A stretch of 63,957 nucleotides of DNA, the filler included, from Albugo candida (Eukaryota): the NCBI GenBank assembly GCA_040437565.1. It is 6 parts of 6 records of this genome, joined end to end, with 100 filler letters (N's around TTAATTAATTAA, not from the genome) between each part and the next. Parts side by side here need not be neighbours in the genome. Positions count along the whole stretch, not along the records: positions 54,019 to 63,957 come from JBDOQK010000117.1; 5 more parts are not named here. One strand, given 5' to 3'. Under the pieces are notes generated by a model that was not told where the DNA came from, did no database searches, and saw only the letters and a list, made by a program, of their open reading frames with translations. Below are positions 62,301 through 63,957 of the stretch, one piece after another. Within the stretch, counting starts at the first letter, position 1. Each line of letters begins with the position of its first letter. The position numbers were made by a program, and so were the translations under genes.

Positions 62301-63471
62301 GCTCTGCATCGCCATCCTTGGGGTCTCAACGAAAGCAAATGATTTGGCCGGCGTAATCAGAATGAAAATGCGCCGCGTGCGGAATGATCGAGATCAACCG
62401 ATTTGGGGAATGAGTGTGGCGATAGCGCCAATAGAGCCGAGTGAAATTCATGTAATGGCGTTTTCGTTGGATCATTCGAATAATGTTGACGAGACTCTTG
62501 ATCGCTGCTTAAAATCGAGTCCTCTCTACGAACCAGAACGTAAGGATGACGAAACAGATCTGCTGAATTTCGATATGCATGGTGTAGCTTGCTGGAAAAT
62601 ATCTTCAGCGTTCAAGACGCAATTGTTCGAGAAAAATAAGCTTATGGATAATGAAGAAGAAAAAAGTGGTCGATTCTTGATAGTGACGAGTTCTTACGTC
62701 TGGGTGTCAAGGGAGTCTACATAATCGAACAAACAACATCCGAGCGACAAATGTCGTGTCTTTCAGGCTGTCCAATGCTGATGAGTCCAATTACGTGTCT
62801 GAGAGCGATCTTGTGTTAAGTAAGGTCAAGTTTTCTGGCGAGTCATTTCCAAAGCAGAAAGTGGAAATTCGATGCGGGGGTGAACTGGTCAAACTTCCAA
62901 AAATAATGTATGCATGTTTTACAGAATTCGTTCGCTTTCCCACGATCACCGCGGTCCTTTTTTGAGAGTAACTAAAGAACATACATACGAAAGACATGAT
63001 GGTATCCCTGGGATTATCCGTTGCTTAACCCCAACATTTGAGATTCCAGCGGAACGGGGCATCTGCATTGTACCACCCATACATATCGATACGTTGGTGG
63101 CGCACGACCGTCCGGCGCGTGTTGTTCCGAGCGGAAGTGATGCTCTGGTGCTATCATTTGCATATTTACAACCAACCACGGGGAAAATTGGGATTGATAC
63201 TACGGGCGAAACGAAGAAATATAACTTTTTCTGTGAAGAAAATAGTGAATGGAGAAAGCAAAGGGAGTTGGATTTCGAAAAGCAGTGCAAAGAGGTGGCG
63301 AAAAAAGCAGAGAAGAGAATAGAAGAGTATAGGTTGAGAGAAGAGACGAGCAAACGAAGACGAATAGTATCAGGTTCCACGATGGCAGCAGAGTCGAGCA
63401 GGAATGGTGCTGACGCGAATCAAGAGGAGATTGAATTGGAATACGAGCAGACGGATTCGGACGAAGACTAG
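62278..63471 (+). pseudogene. Frameshifted secreted-type 'gene A' (contig 6 copy), about 395 codons
   Basis: Signal-peptide-like MKIYKLKALCIAILGVSTKA; VAIAPI, DRCL, CWKIS, DEFLRLGVKGVY, SESDLVL, PSGSDALVL, IGIDTTGETKKY; at least three frameshifts (~62685, ~62750, ~62915). Confidence 0.7.
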
Positions 63472-63479
63472 CTAACAAG

Positions 63480-63957
63480 CAAATGGATCGCTTCTAAGAG
63501 AAGCTTAATGCTTCAAACACATCCTGATCCAAATTTCATGCGTTTAATCTTCTATCATAGCCTTGATTGCACGATCTATACCGTCTATACATCTCTACGT
63601 GCTCCTATTCACGAGTTGGTTCCAGTTACACGGGATGGAAGCGGAGTAAATGTTTAAGGACACTACGTCAGGGGCATACACCCCCACTACGAGTTGCGAT
63701 CGATGAGAAAAATGAATTCTTCGACAGAGCTTTAAGACTGCGAGATACAATGCACTTTGACGTTGTTTCACTTCTCGAAATAGGACATCTGCTTTAATTT
63801 GCATAAGTGCATCGACAGTCAGATGTCGCCACGATTCAAAGCATCGATAAGTGTTGTTTGACCTTCGACATTGACGATATTGGGTGTACACCCGGTAGAA
63901 TCATGCAACCTCGCCGTCGTGCGAAGTCATATTCACACTGTCAAGATCCGACATGCT
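63480..63957 (-). pseudogene. 3' part of 'gene C' (contig 6 copy), cut by window end
   Basis: ORF 63595-63891 has VSLNIYSAS and DVLFREV, similar to the 8290-8692 ORFs; convergent with gene A as in contig 1. Confidence 0.3.

Overview
Eukaryotic draft assembly, not one locus. Six unlinked contigs are joined by artificial 100-bp linkers (44 N + TTAATTAATTAA + 44 N), in descending size order: 1-11336, 11437-22439, 22540-33081, 33182-43603, 43704-53918, 54019-63957. Five contigs look like a compact, flagellated oomycete, most likely Albugo (inferred from CHxC/CCG-like effector motifs, tiny intergenic gaps and DRC10/IQCD). They carry housekeeping genes (CLEC16A/TT9-like, SerRS, triple-PDZ, LRR, ClpX, lipase class 3, RIX1/PELP1-like, TIM10, DRC10), three Copia elements (one complete, with TSD), Tc1/mariner and MULE relics, and many decayed secreted-protein genes. 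Contig 2 is much more AT-rich and resembles a Mucorales fungus (Gypsy element, Tc1 fragment, intron-rich PD-(D/E)XK nuclease-fold gene); it is probably a contaminant or co-sequenced organism. Two signals stand out. (1) A collinear four-gene cassette of unrecognised, mostly secreted-looking proteins (D+ B- A+ C-, with B/A head-to-head) occurs as diverged, pseudogenised copies in contigs 1 and 6. (2) In contig 2, four GGAACAAGTGCAG repeats separated by dissimilar 31-33 nt spacers sit inside a long predicted stem, between the nuclease-fold gene and the Gypsy RT. All homology calls were made by eye, with no database search.
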